From: Dipteris shenzhenensis
Taxonomy: Eukaryota
Strand: one strand, 5' to 3'
NCBI GenBank assembly: GCA_047967505.1
Contig: CM106538.1
DNA: 64,000 nt
The position numbers were made by a program, and so were the translations under genes. The notes below the pieces were generated by a model, which was not told the origin of the DNA, did no database searches, and saw only the letters and a program-made list of their open reading frames with translations. Below, piece by piece: positions 11,880-24,619 of the stretch (the first letter of the stretch is position 1; each line of letters starts with the position of its first letter).

Positions 11880-14800
11880 CCTCTCACTGACTGTTTTCCT
11901 CACAAAAGAGGATCTGACTGCTGATCATCATCACAATCATGACATAAAATTTGAGAGACATCCATAACAGGAATGTATCTCAATGTTGTAAGGGCTTCCA
12001 TACTTGCAGTAGACATATGTCCAAGTTTGGCATACCATAAACTAACTGATGGCTGCTTACTAATCATAAGCATCTTATCATGGACACCTGATACATGCAA
12101 TGCATAAGAGAATCCAACCCATGATCCCCTAGCCATAACCAGATTGCCTCTAGCAATCTTCCATGCATGATCACCCAAAGAGACATGATAACCTGCCTCA
12201 ACCAACTGTCCAGTACTGATCTTGCTCGTAGCAAGTCCTGGCATATGTCTAACCCTCTGTAGAATAAGAATAGAGCCACTAGGCATAACAAGGTGGATAT
12301 CCCCATAACCATAGACATCCATAGAATGATCAATGCCCATCAAACCACTCTCCACAATGCATTCCTGATATGCACTGAACCATGACCTATGAGGGGTCAT
12401 ATGACATGAAGCACATGGATCTAACATCCAATCACCGAGAATGGGTACATCAGTGGCCAAGAAGGAGGTGTCAGACATAGACAAAAGAATGCCTTCATTA
12501 CTGCTACTGTCAGTGGAAACCCTGGCATCCACGCCTTGAAGCTCATCATGCTTCTTCTCCTTCTTCCTATCATTCTTAACCTTGCTCTTGGAATTCCCCC
12601 TTGAACATGACTTGTTTCTACCAATTGATCTACTTTTGGAGTGCATATCAAGGCTGTATTTCAGCACATCAGGGCATTTCAACCCATCATGCTGTAACAT
12701 AACACTATCATGGTCATACATCTGGCATACGCATGGCAATCTACACCTTGTACACCATCATGTACCTACAAGTAGACTGACTTCGAGAGTGATGACTGAA
12801 TGATAGAGCATGCTTGCTCATCCATGTCATCCCAATCACTCTGTTTAATGCTATTAGGCTTGACACCTTTGCATTGAATGGGCTTATGCTGCCTCTTCTG
12901 CACTAACACATCATAAATCTGCTCTTTCCAATACTGAAAGTTTGATCCATCCAACCTCTCAATATCAAAGAGAGCACTACCAGTTGTAGATGCCATATCT
13001 GTGGCACAATAGCTCACAACCAAAGAGCAGTATAGTGCAATAGGCAACCCAAATGACCAAAAAATATAGTGTTGTCCAAACCAATCAGGTCTCCGAATAA
13101 ACTGGCTGATCCAATGCTCAAAAGCACTCAGCCATAAAGAGGCATAAACAAGAATATATGCAGCCCAGTAACCTGCAAATGCCTGGCAATCCAAGTAGGA
13201 AATGCACTGAACCAAATGAGAAATGCCTGCTCAACCAATGGCAATAGGAGCCCAGCTCAACTATCCATAAACATCAATGTGGCATCCACCAATGCAAATC
13301 CATAATGCATCGAAATGGCATTTACTGCATCACCAATGCATCACCTCAAGCGCGCAATCCTTTGGCAACAAAATCAAGCATTCACCACTTGCCAAATGTG
13401 CCAAAGTGACTTGCCAAAATGCCAATAATGCCCTTGGACTGAAGTGAGATCCCAATCACTTTCTGTAATTTACTGTGAGTTCCCAATTCACTGTTGCGCA
13501 AGAGAAATTCCTACAACAATACCTCAAAGCCACTTTGGGCAAGATAACATGCTATCCTTGTCTTTGAACAGCGATATCTTTTCACTGAAAGACCGGATGC
13601 CAAAGCTGTAAACAGAAAAGTTGTAGCTGGTAGAAAGATCTACAACTTGTCAGTTGACCTCAAGAGCCAAATCCTTGTGGATTGTCAGATATTCTCACCT
13701 GAAAAATAGCTTCCTGCACATTGGTTACAAATAGACAGTAGACTACAACTTTTTGTGGTTTTGCAGAGGCTGTAACTCCTGCAACTTATACCAAATCAAC
13801 TTGCTTCCAAAAGCAAAGTTGTAGTATGTTCTGTGTACTACAACTTTCCAGTTCGGCATAAAGTGCAATTCCGCACCAGAAAATAGATATTCAGTCCTGA
13901 AAATGACTATTTTGTCATTAAAAAAACAACAGCAGCTTCCTTGTATGTTTGCTGCCCTTTACAACATTCATCTGCTCCGGAAAAACAGCCCAAAAAATGA
14001 TCAAAATACATCCAGCAGATCACCTCATATGTCAACTACAACACCAGCAAAATGGCAAGTACAATGCCCAACCAAATCAGCCCCGAGAATGCTCACAGAT
14101 CAGCGATAAAATAGCCCAAAAGCACTGGACTAATGAGCACACACAGCTCAGCAGTAGGCTGCAACCAATTGCTCAGTGCACAAGCACAAAAATGCCAAAA
14201 CTCCACTATGCAAATCCCGTAAAAAACAAGTAAAATGTCCTGCAAACGCCTCAAGATCAGCGTGTCTGGCAGCTCAAAGAGCACAAATGCAATCATTGGC
14301 AATCCCCCAGGCATCCAACTGCATCAAACATGCAATCCAGAGGCTCCCCAATAGCTCCCAGATGAGCTAGAGACAATGGTAAAGAACTATGCCAAGACTG
14401 GAACCTGCAAGTGCCAAGAATGGCTATGGCGCCAAAATAAGACCCAAATCTGCCGGGAAGAAACCTCAATGTGAGGTTATAGGTAGCACAATTGCAAATT
14501 TTTAGGAAGCCTGGCATCAACGGAATCGCAATCGGAGGACTGTGCGAACTCCACCACAAGTTGCATATGCAGCTCTCCAGCGCTCCTTCACGGTCTCCTA
14601 CACCAAAGAAGTTGCTCACCAACCGACTCCTGGCTCACAGAATAGCAGCAGCAATTGCTCTTGACGCCTATCTACTAGCTGCCCATGACACCTAAATAGC
14701 TGCCATTAAGCTCCTTATGACCTTAGCAGCTCCAATGAGCTCCAAGGTGCCCTCGGCTACACGGGTGATAGCAAATGACCGGCTCCATCAACCTCACAGC

Positions 14801-15355
14801 AAAGCAATGGACTTTACAGCCTTGCCTTCAAGCAATTCGCCTCCTTCAACGAAGCACACAGCATGGGCTTCGATGCTTCCAGCATTCACACAACAAAGAA
14901 CCCGACTGCTCACAACGGATGTACCAAAACTCCCAGCTGCTCCATAGTTGCCGTGATTCTTCCAACTCAGCTAGCAGCGTTAAGTGCCTTCATAGACCCG
15001 GCTAGCAAGCCTCTCTCCATCGATTAAGGCAAGGCCAACAAGATGCTTCGTCCAACCGATCGGATTACAGCAGCTAACGTCTACGGACCTCCAAGCACCA
15101 GTAGTCGAGATAACAGTACCGCCTCCTTCCTTATCCACCACGGCTACAACAACTGTAGCAATCAGTCGCTCCACAAGCTCAATGGCCAGCAGCTCTGATA
15201 CCAGTTGAGGGGGAAGAGCAGAGCACTCAGGAAGGGATAAGAAGATACCAAAAGTGGTGGAGCAAAAGCTACTCCAGCTTATTCCTCTATCATATATATA
15301 TGAGTATATATGGGCACTGTACAAGTGGGTGGGCACACTGCCCTTTACCCCAACA
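11880..15355 (-). mobile_element. Copia B (Tnt1/Tork-like), 5' half: short LTR, PBS, ~2.2-kb leader, internally deleted gag, protease, GAG-pre-integrase
   Basis: FDIERLDGSNFQYWKEQIYDVLVQK (gag N-terminus), DWMLDPCASCHMTPHRSWF (protease), LWYAKLGHMS. PBS GCTCTGATACCA at 15192-15203. Confidence 0.88.
15204..15355 (-). repeat. Short (~150 bp) 5' LTR of copia B
   Basis: Abuts the PBS and ends CCCCAACA. Same architecture as the 172-bp LTR at 37010-37181 (TATATAT...TGTACA...GGCACA.TG.CCTTTA.CCCC..CA). Confidence 0.7.
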
Positions 15356-15705
15356 TGGGGGTCGATAGGCCACCGACCACACGATAGAACCATTCGGCCC
15401 ACAGCCATCCAAGATCATCTAGGACTCCAAACGGGCCCCGCAACCCGAGAGTGGGCTGCCCCGAGAAAAGCTCCGTCTACCCTCAATGCGGTCAATCATG
15501 GGATGCCTTCCTGCACTTGCATGTAGCCTAGTTGGTAGTGTGCCAACTCCGTCTAGCCATCAGGCCACACATGGCCCCCATCTAGTGTAAACCAGGACCT
15601 ACCGAATAACCGAGCTACTCAAATGCCTTCCATATGGGGGGGCTTACAAGTAGAGTTAGCTGATTCCCGCGTAGTTACACGAGAGTGGAGCATTGATATC
15701 TAACA
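15356..15705 (-). repeat. Displaced half of a copia C-family LTR
   Basis: Colinear with ~52645-53039 (ATAGGCCACCGACCACACGATAGAA ... GGAGCATTGATATCTAACA) with small deletions; followed by GGTAG. Confidence 0.9.
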
Positions 15706-16719
15706 GGTAGAACAGTGCGTCACACGATGGGCGAGGTTGAGGTGACGCGGGGGCGAGGACGTGTCCCATGGGCACTGAGGGAGGGTGAGGTGCATTGAGT
15801 GGCGGTGCGACCATACATGATGCACGACGCAGAGGCGCATCGGGCGGGCGCATCGGGCGACGAGGAGGACAAGGCCGATATGGGCAACACATCAAGGAAT
15901 GTAGTATGGTCTTGAGACAGCAATGCGAAAGTAACTACTTTTTAAAAGGGGTTTACAGAACTAGGCCAGATGTGGTCTACAAAACACAAGAGGTGGAACT
16001 CTTGAGAAGAAATCCAAAGGGAGTTTGGCCTTTCTATTCATGGTGGCCTCCTTGATCAGGAAACACCGCTCATTATGGGAGGGTAATATCCAGTAGAAGG
16101 GAGGGAATGTCCTTATCTACTATAAAGAGTTTAGCTAAGGAGCCTCTTCCCATTTGCTGCCTATCCCTACTCCTTTTGAAGACATTGAAGGTCATATACA
16201 TAGGGTCCTAAACACTAGGTGGAAAAAATAGGATAGTCAAAGCTGCTGGAAGTCTAAATTTCTCAAGGTTTGGTTAAAGAAGATCCATGAGAAAATGTCA
16301 GCCCTTCTCTGGTTGATCCTTCACAGAAAGTGGTTTGGACTAATGCCAGAGGTTTACATATTGGCAAGGGGATGGAAGTCTCATTAGACTATGTTTTTGA
16401 CATGTGCCATGTTGTTCTTGCAATCTGTGTAGGAGCTACTTTTTTGGGCCTTGTGATCAATTAACTTCATTGTGGGTTTTGCCTGAAGGTTGTTCGAGCC
16501 CAATAAGCTTTTGGTGCAATCTAGAGCACTTTTTGTCGTAGTCATGAAATCTGGAGGAATTTGATAATACATTATACAAACTCTTAAAATGAGGAGAATG
16601 GGCGAAGAGGTTTATAGCAATTAGGATCTAGGAAAGGCTTCTAAGCTAGAAGTGATAAGAAAAAAGAAATAGGAAAATAAAGAGAAGAGGATGGGTGGGA
16701 GTTAGATAGTTAATCTCTT

Positions 16720-16966
16720 TGTTAATAAGGGAATGTGGAAAATCTCTGTGTTAATAAGGGAATGTGGAAAAAAGCTTTGAGGGTCATAAGAAACTCCTCC
16801 AAACCCCTATTGGTTTCATCACCTTCACAAGAAACTCATCCAAACCCCTATTGGGCGTTAGTAAGGGAATGTGGAAAAAGGCCTTGAGAGTCGCAAGAAA
16901 CTCATCCAAACCCCTATTGGAAAAAAGCCTTAAGGTTCACAAGAAACTCATCCAAACCCTTGTTGG
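16720..16966. repeat. Interleaved short tandem repeats
   Basis: GTTA(A/G)TAAGGGAATGTGGAAAA x3 and AAGAAACTC(A/C)TCCAAACCC(C/T)T(A/G)TTGG x4. Confidence 0.85.
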
Positions 16967-17189
16967 TTGAATACATACTCTAGAGTTGTTTGTGTAGAAC
17001 CACTTGTTGTTCCATGTGTCATGACCTTGCTGAATTAAGTCCTAAGCCAGTTCCCTATTTTGTTTTGGTTGCTGTTGCTACTGATCCTAAGTGGTATATT
17101 GGCTTTTCGTGAGGTTAGTAGCATTCTCTTGATCAAGGAACCATGGGACTAATGTAGGTGTTGATGTTGATCCTTTGCTAGCGATTGGT

Positions 17190-17430
17190 GCATCTTGATG
17201 GGATGATTTGTCACCAAACAACCCTCGATGAGTGTCTGGGATCCAACATTTACCAAGCACGGAGGCTCCCGTTAAGGTACTTGCAGAAACTACAAAAAAC
17301 TTGCAAGGCACAAGGTAATTGTCCAGGGAAACATTCAACATTAAAGACCAATAACCTTAATAGAGGTACCTTCTATGGATTGAATTTTAGAAACACATAC
17401 TTCAAAGTGTACCTGGCCAAGATGCTTTAA
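17190..17430 (-). pseudogene. Probable Ty3/gypsy aspartic protease remnant
   Basis: KIQSIEGTSIKVIG / LNVSLDNYLVPCKFFVV...VLGKCW matches the retropepsin C-terminal pattern (ILGxxW). Confidence 0.45.
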
Positions 17431-17462
17431 TGTCTCTCAAGAGATGAGGTTGTGGCTTGCTT

Positions 17463-18254
17463 GATTATCCTACACATAGTAGCTTCACGCCACTAGCTTT
17501 TTAACCAAGTGCAATGACCAATTATGTGAATCAACGGTTCCTCTCATACTAAGTTGGATGACTATTGCAGCACTGCTGCTCATCAGTAGGGTAAAAATAA
17601 CCTATCTCATGACGGTCTAAACCCAGCTCATATTCCCTATTGGTAGGTGAACAATCCAACACTTGGTGCATAGGAAGAGCTGACATCGAAGGATAAAAAA
17701 GCAATGTTGCTATGAACGCTTGGCTGCCTCAAGCCAGTTATCCCTATGGTAACTTTTCTGACACCTCTAGCTTCAAATTCTAAAACACCAAAGGATTGAT
17801 AGGCCATGCTTTCATAGTTTGTATTCATACTGAAAATCAAAATCAAATGAGCTTTTACTCTTTTGTTCCACATGAGATTTTTTTCTCGTTGATCTCATCT
17901 TAGGACACCTGCGTTATATTTTAATAGATGTGCCACCCTAGCCAACAAACTCCCCACCTGACAATGTCTTCTGCCTAGATCGGCACACGGAATTTCCTTA
18001 AGACCAGAAGCAGGAGCCAAGCTCGACCTCCACCTCACGGAGTAACGAAATGTTAAAAGTAGTGGTATTTCACTTGCATCAGAAACTCCCACTTATTCTA
18101 CACCTCTCAAGTCATTTCACAAAGTCGCGGACTAGAGTCAAAAGCTCAATAGGGTCTTCTTTCCTCGTTGATTCTTCCAAGTCCATTCCCTTGGTTGTGG
18201 TTTCGCCAAATAGTAGATAGGGACATTGGGAAACTTGTTAATCCATTCATGCGT

Positions 18255-18290
<36 letters not shown>

Positions 18291-18925
18291 GGAGAGTCAT
18301 AGTTACCTCCGTTGTTTAACCGCACTTGGTTAAATTTCTTCACTTTGACTTAAAAGCACTGGGCAGAAATCACATTGCGTCAACATCCGCAGGGACCATC
18401 ACAATGCTTTGTTTTAATTAAACAGTCGGATCCCCCTTGTCTATACTAGTTCTGAGGCAGCTGTTCACCACCTAGGGAGGGCCTCCTCGAGGAGCGATGT
18501 TCTACGTCGATTGGCACGCGAAGGTTTGCCCTCGCCACTGGTGTAGCTCAGGCAGACCCTAGATAGCCTCCGGGGTCAGTTCGTAGCCCCTAGAACTAGC
18601 CCTCACAGCCAATCCTTTCCCCAAAGCTACAGATCCATTTTGTCGCCTTCCCTTGCCTACATTGTTCTATTGACCAAAGGATGTTCACCTTGGAGACTTG
18701 ATGCAGTTATGAGTACGATTGGGCATGATCAGTAATTGCTCCTACAAATTTTCACGAGCCATCGGGGTGCATCGGACACCGTGAGACATGCAGTGCTTTA
18801 TTAGTCCGCTAGACCCTATCTCTGAGTGATTCGATTTCAAGATGGGCGGGCTCTTAAAAAGAAAAGAGAACTCTTCTCGGGTCCCCCACTTGCATTTCTA
18901 GATTCGGTCACATTATTGTCCACCA
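17463..18925 (-). pseudogene. Decayed ~1.45-kb fragment of nuclear LSU (25S/26S/28S) rRNA gene
   Basis: Reverse complement of conserved LSU motifs: CATCAGTAGGGTAAAA..AACCT, GGTCTAAACCCAGCTCA, CAAGCCAGTTATCCCT, GGCATTTGGCTACCTTA, CACTGGGCAGAAATCACATTGCGTCAAC, AAAAGAAAAGAGAACTCTT. Many transitions and small deletions. Confidence 0.95.
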
Positions 18926-20299
18926 ATAAACTTAATATAGTTGAGTCATAAGTGCCTAAATTCTTTCTCAAGAATGTGAAAAGTAGAGGAAATGCAAGCT
19001 AAACTTTATTATACCTGATCCCGGACCCACAGAACCTAGTCATCCCCCCTTAGAGCACACAACACATGGGGAAAATAAGTAGAACAATCCTAGATTGAGG
19101 GACTCATATGTCAATATGGGCCCCATTATCCAAATCCGTTCATCCAAAAAAGTGGAACTAGAGACAAACATTCGAAAAACAAACACAACTATGTAGGTTG
19201 AATAAAAAACTCATAAGCATCTAGGTTGAATCAAAAACTTACACAAAGATAAGGTGAAAGTGAGCTTGTGTGTGTGTGTGTGGGGGGGGGGGGCTATGCA
19301 TGCATGCACGCATGTGTCCATGTGTGTGATCCTCAATTCTTCCTTCCAACTTTCCAATCTCTCAAGACCCTACTCAAAGCACTACTAAAACATTGGTCGA
19401 ACATCCCAAGGCAATATAACCATAGGTGGGTAACTTACATGAGAGGTGGAAATTTGAGCTAAATTTAACACAGCTAGGATTGGAGCTACCTTTAGGCTAG
19501 TCACCAAGATCCCAACCCCCTCCCTAGATTACACTCTTCTGTAGCAGAGATGATCATATCAAATGGGGTTCTTGGATTTGGGGTCATTTCTAAGATCTCT
19601 ACATTTCTGATAACCACACCATGCTCCAACTTCTAGATGCCTCTCTTTCTAGATAGAGAGTCAAGATTATGAGCAAGCAGAATCGGTGTGAAATATGCAA
19701 TCAATCTTCTAGTGCAGTTTCCCCTGAATTAAGTTTCCCTTGCCACCTCCTTCACGTCTAATACCATCTATGTCTCACCCACCTGTCCCACCAGCTACTC
19801 ATCCTACACCTGTCAATACATGTTGGGTAGCAATTAGAGTTGTAGCTCCTCCACCACCAGTAGATCAAGCAGGAAATTCTCTTGCCTCAGTTAATGATAT
19901 CCTAGTTTTGATTAGGGGGTGGTTTTTCGACGAGTTTCTTTATAGTGAGTTTGATAGGTTTTTTTAAAAAAAGAGTCAAACATCATTGGTGATAGCAATT
20001 GCAATCATCAAACTTACAATCCATGTAGTCTATTGCAATCAAATGTTCAAACAAAGTTACAAGGTCCCTCTCTTGAGTGTGGTTAAGGGTGCAATGTTTA
20101 AATGAACCCATGTGCTTTCATGTTCCACCATCAATTTCTTTGATCCATTAACATAATTATTTTGAGGACTACAATTCTTGATAGATATAATCCCAAAACT
20201 ACAACCGCATAGCATTTATTATCAAAGGTTAAAAACATCCCCGAACTATGTGCACTATCAATCCTAAGGCAATAGCTAGAAAACCTTTATTAATGTTAG

Positions 20300-20912
20300 G
20301 TGTGGTTGGTGTATCATCATGTAGTCTAACACATGAATGTAGAGAAAGAACATATGCTTGCAAGGCTCAAATGGACCTTGTGTGACAGATGTTGTGTGAA
20401 GCCTTCGCAATTGCATGTTGGTACACTACAAATTCACACTACACTACAGGGTTGGAAGGAAAACTGGTGACCAAGAACTCTTCATTAGCATCCAACTGAT
20501 GTACCAATCCATGGGTTGCATGAAGCTAGCAACCCAAATGAGCAATCGATGCATTCTGCACAAGCCTTGAAATGGAAGAATGTCACTTCATTTTAGATGC
20601 ATTTTTTGTACCTACCATATTTGTGGTGGACACAATACCTCCATTAATGTTGGAAAGATCATGGACACGAAGAATGAAGCCCGATGCATGCAATTTTGTT
20701 GCTTCAAGAGACATCAAGTTTATTCCCCTTTGCATTGGCCATGTCACAGGTCGAGGTGATGCACCAATTATTCTATTACCTGGTGACCATACATTCGAGA
20801 CATCATCTCCATAAAACCAAAAAAATTGTACCTTTTGACCTTGATTGTGCTCCAATCTTCCTTTAAAGCACGCCAAAGCATGGTGCCACATTTTGCACAT
20901 GTTGATTGTCAT
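20300..20912 (-). pseudogene. SWIM zinc-finger-containing fragment (probably transposon-derived)
   Basis: PTCNCEGF...(frameshift)...GPFEPCKHMFFLYIHVL = CxC-x-CxH SWIM pattern at ~20327-20421; upstream Cys/Trp-rich ORF 20583-20912. Confidence 0.6.
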
Positions 20913-22978
20913 TCATTAGCTTTTCACACATGTGACCAATAAGTGAGAGCCATGCTTGACAGTGCACCTTGCTTTGCCTCTCAACCCTGCGTATGGACCA
21001 GAAGACATCTCCTATTTCTTGTTCATGTACCATATTGTCAACAGTACTTGGATTCTACTCTCCTCAAATGTTGGAGGAAGGTGGGGGCCTCTCTCCACTA
21101 TCAAAGGATTCTACTCTAATAGAAGATGCTATAGGTCCTCTTCTAAGATGCGCCACATACTCATATGTCGATAGCTATCATTAATACCCCATCCTTCATT
21201 AATACCCCATCACTAATAATCACATACTCATATCATTAATACCCCATTCTTCACCTAGTCCTTTTTTGTTTCTTGCACTTTCAAGGTCACCAAGGAGATG
21301 TGTAGAGTCATTGCCAACACCTGCAACACCAATTGCAAAATTTGCAAATTTGACTATCTGATGCGAGCTAATATAACTTGACTTGGTCTAACCAATCTAA
21401 TGCAAAATATTTCCAAAAAGGAACCTGACTCAATATGCATTCCTCTTTCATGTTGCTCACACCATGCAATTTTCAATAATGTAATAGCCAAATCCCCAAC
21501 ACAAGCATCGTACAATGATATTTGTCTTATGTAACCCTGCAATGCCAACCAGCTTGCATGTTTGGATTCTAACAAGTTTGTCTTTGGAGTGTTGGCAAGT
21601 CCCTCGGAGCCCATCACCTACAGAGAAGCCAACATCAAATGCATTTGAGAAGACAAAGCTCAGACTCAAATATATGTTATTTACCTAAACCATGAAGTTA
21701 CCCTTTCCTTCCCCTTTTCCTCTACATTGTTCTGTACTCGTGTTGCTAGTCACTCAAATATGTTGTTGTGAGTTCATATGAGCAAGAAAGACATGGATAT
21801 GTTGTGTGTGTACTCAGTTCCATTTTGAACATATGCTTTTTAAAATGTGTATAAATCCACCCCATAGATATTGGACAATAGAATATAAAAATTCCCTTGC
21901 ATATCTAACATGTATTAGTCTCAGTAATAAAGGATTCTTTACACCTTGACCTCAAAATGCATTCACAAAACATTATACACAACTAAGTACTCTTGCCTAT
22001 TAATGCTAGCAGCATCACATGCATAGACAACTTTTGATGGGTCTACAATATTTCCTAAACTAGCTGCAACCTCTTGCAATAGTGCATGTTGTACTACATG
22101 CCAACAGGGATCCCTAAGAATGGAAATAAATTCTCTCTTATGCACTATTCATAAAAGTCCAATAAAAAATATGACATTAGAAAAATACACAACTACATGA
22201 TTGTAAGTAATGCTTCACAAGTAAAAATAGTCCAAAGATACATATGGTGTAGCTTGCACCCTATGCTTCCTTGCTCCACCATCATATGCCGAGCTCTAAA
22301 TTGGTTTCCACAACCTTGTTCCTATGCTTGTAACTGCAAGGGGTTCTTTTTTATTTTCTATAGTCTCCTAGTTAATGTAGCACGTTGTTGTTTGAGGGCT
22401 CCTTGAGGGACCTTGATCTAAGCTTCATTGTGCCTTGACGAGTCATAGTATACTCTAGTGCAACTTCAATATGCAAGGTGCTTTCTCGCAACAGTAACCT
22501 TCTAGTGAAGTGATCAGAGGATTTCAAAAATAGATTCTTGGACCGAAAGTCAAAGGAACAAAGATTTTGAATTAGTACAGGTAGGATACCTTTTTGAAAT
22601 TTGGACTCATATGGGGGTGATGAGACCCTCTATAGGCCTTGTTGGTTCATAATCCATTTTGCTAATCCACTCTTTATGAGGCCCTTATTGAGTTAAAAAT
22701 TTCCCTAATGATGACATAAAATTATTTATTAATATGTAAGATACAATATAGAAGTTAAATAGTGATAGAAAATGTTGAGCATATGTGCTACTTCTAAGTT
22801 CTTGAATTATGTTGCGTATGTAAGAGACAATATAATATGCAAACAATATAATAGGCTACTTCTAAGCTCTTGAATATTTTTTGAGTGTTATCCCATGAAG
22901 CCTTTGTTACATCATTCTTCTATATAACCTTTTATACATATAAAGATATTCTCTATTCTTTGAAAGTTTTAGATAAGC

Positions 22979-23020
<42 letters not shown>

Positions 23021-23435
23021 TTTAATTAAATCTTGTTATTGTGTGGATATGCACAAATGAGTACAATTATAGAAATGATTTAATTTAATGGATAACATTG
23101 GAAAGGGGGAGGACAAAAGTGATCCCCATGAATAACAATCGGGAGAAATTTTAGCTCATTATATAATTGAAATGAGGAGGTAGAAGTGAGACCATGGTAA
23201 AATGACAAGAAAAAAGAGACAAACTATGACAAAAATATCCTTCAATGAAGTACATAGGTGTTGCAAATAAACACATGCACCAAAGTATGAGCACTCTCAA
23301 CCAAAAAATGTGTCCTATGTGTAGAAATGGGTATCCAAATCTTTGTGGCAATGCCCATAGTCTAGGAAGGACAAAAATTTGAGCACCATTTTGGGAGGTC
23401 TATTGGTAGAGGGTTGTTATGGGAGAGGGAAGACC

Positions 23436-23522
23436 ATTAATAATATCTTGGATTATGCCACAATAATCACCCATGGCTCCATTGGCTCCCTCAAAGCTAG
23501 CAATGACTCCACAATCTTGTGT
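23436..23522 (-). pseudogene. CACTA/En-Spm transposase DUF4216-like fragment (second copy 60231-60317 +)
   Basis: TQDCGVIASFEGANGAMGDYCGIIQDII resembles the TQxSGV...YYGxIxxII motif of CACTA TnpD-associated DUF4216. Confidence 0.55.
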
Positions 23523-23581
23523 AGGAACTAGAAGAGGATGTGTGCACCCGTCATGGAGGCAATGTTTTCAGAATCCACAGT

Positions 23582-23712
23582 TATGAAAGTGTGGAAAAAT
23601 GGTAGCAAAGAGAGCATTATAAGCAATACCCAACATGGAAAATACCTATGAAAGTGTGGAAAAATGGTAGCAAAGAGAGCATTATAAGCAATACCCAACA
23701 TGGAAAATACCC
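23582..23712. repeat. 65-bp tandem duplication (also at ~60042-60170)
   Basis: TATGAAAGTGTGGAAAAATGGTAGCAAAGAGAGCATTATAAGCAATACCCAACATGGAAAATACC x2. Confidence 0.95.
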
Positions 23713-24619
23713 TAAGCAGCTTGACAAAAGTCTAACTTGACTCAAAACTCAAGCATTGCTTGTGTCTTAGTCCCACCATTCATGCTTCAAACATCCATGG
23801 ACATTGCCATGGCATGTATTACCTTAACAAATAGAGCTATTCATTGAACCAAGATATTAGCAATATAGAGACTTATGTGCCTCTTCAGTGTTTTGCATAT
23901 ATATATATATATACTTATATATATAGCAAGGTGGGCAACTAGACACAAAGGAGAAGCTCTAATAAAAGATGAGCAGATGCAAACACAACAAAGATCCTTG
24001 GATAAAAAATCTATCTCTACACATTAACAAAGTGTTTGCTCTACGGTCTGGCTAACAGCAGCCTCCCGGTGATTCTTACAAGTTTATCTCTCAAGATCTC
24101 TACCTTTCAATCTCATACTTATATTGCTCTGTCTACCTCTTGAGATAGGTGGAGTTTGGACATTTCAATGAAAGTGAGTGGGGATGTTTATGCCGCCTAA
24201 TGAAGGAGTGGAAGGATTATAATTTATTAGAAATACCATTTTTTCATTCTGTCATCTTCCTGTCCATACTGCCGGATAGAGGTAACTATAATTTGCTAGA
24301 GTAGTTGGATGTAAACTTGCCTTAACAATGAATATGTTATTATCACACTTCAATGCTTTCATTCATAATCAATCCTTTATGGTTTTAGCCATTAAATTAG
24401 GCAAAATAAGATAAGACACCCTTTACGTGTGTGTAAAACTCAATATCTTAAATTTATAAGAGGGTCAAAGTGAGCTTGAATTGGATGTGGATGTACCAAA
24501 GTGAATGCTTTTTATGTGCTCAAGCTACATACCCACGAGAGCAAGTTGTGCTCAAGCTACATAACTAGAAACTCACTCATTAGTGGTCTACTACAAGTGC
24601 TTTCTAACATAAAGCACAC

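Noticed and set aside
15204-15705. Single chimeric 500-bp LTR for copia B
   Set aside because: Better explained as B's own ~150-bp LTR (ends CCCCAACA, resembles 37010-37181) abutting a piece of the C-family LTR.
16720-16966. Repeat-spacer pattern resembling CRISPR
   Set aside because: The intervening pieces are themselves repeats of irregular length.
17463-18925. Functional rRNA gene or R2-type insertion
   Set aside because: Partial, mutated at conserved positions, no rDNA unit context; the R2 target region (~18273-18300) is uninterrupted.
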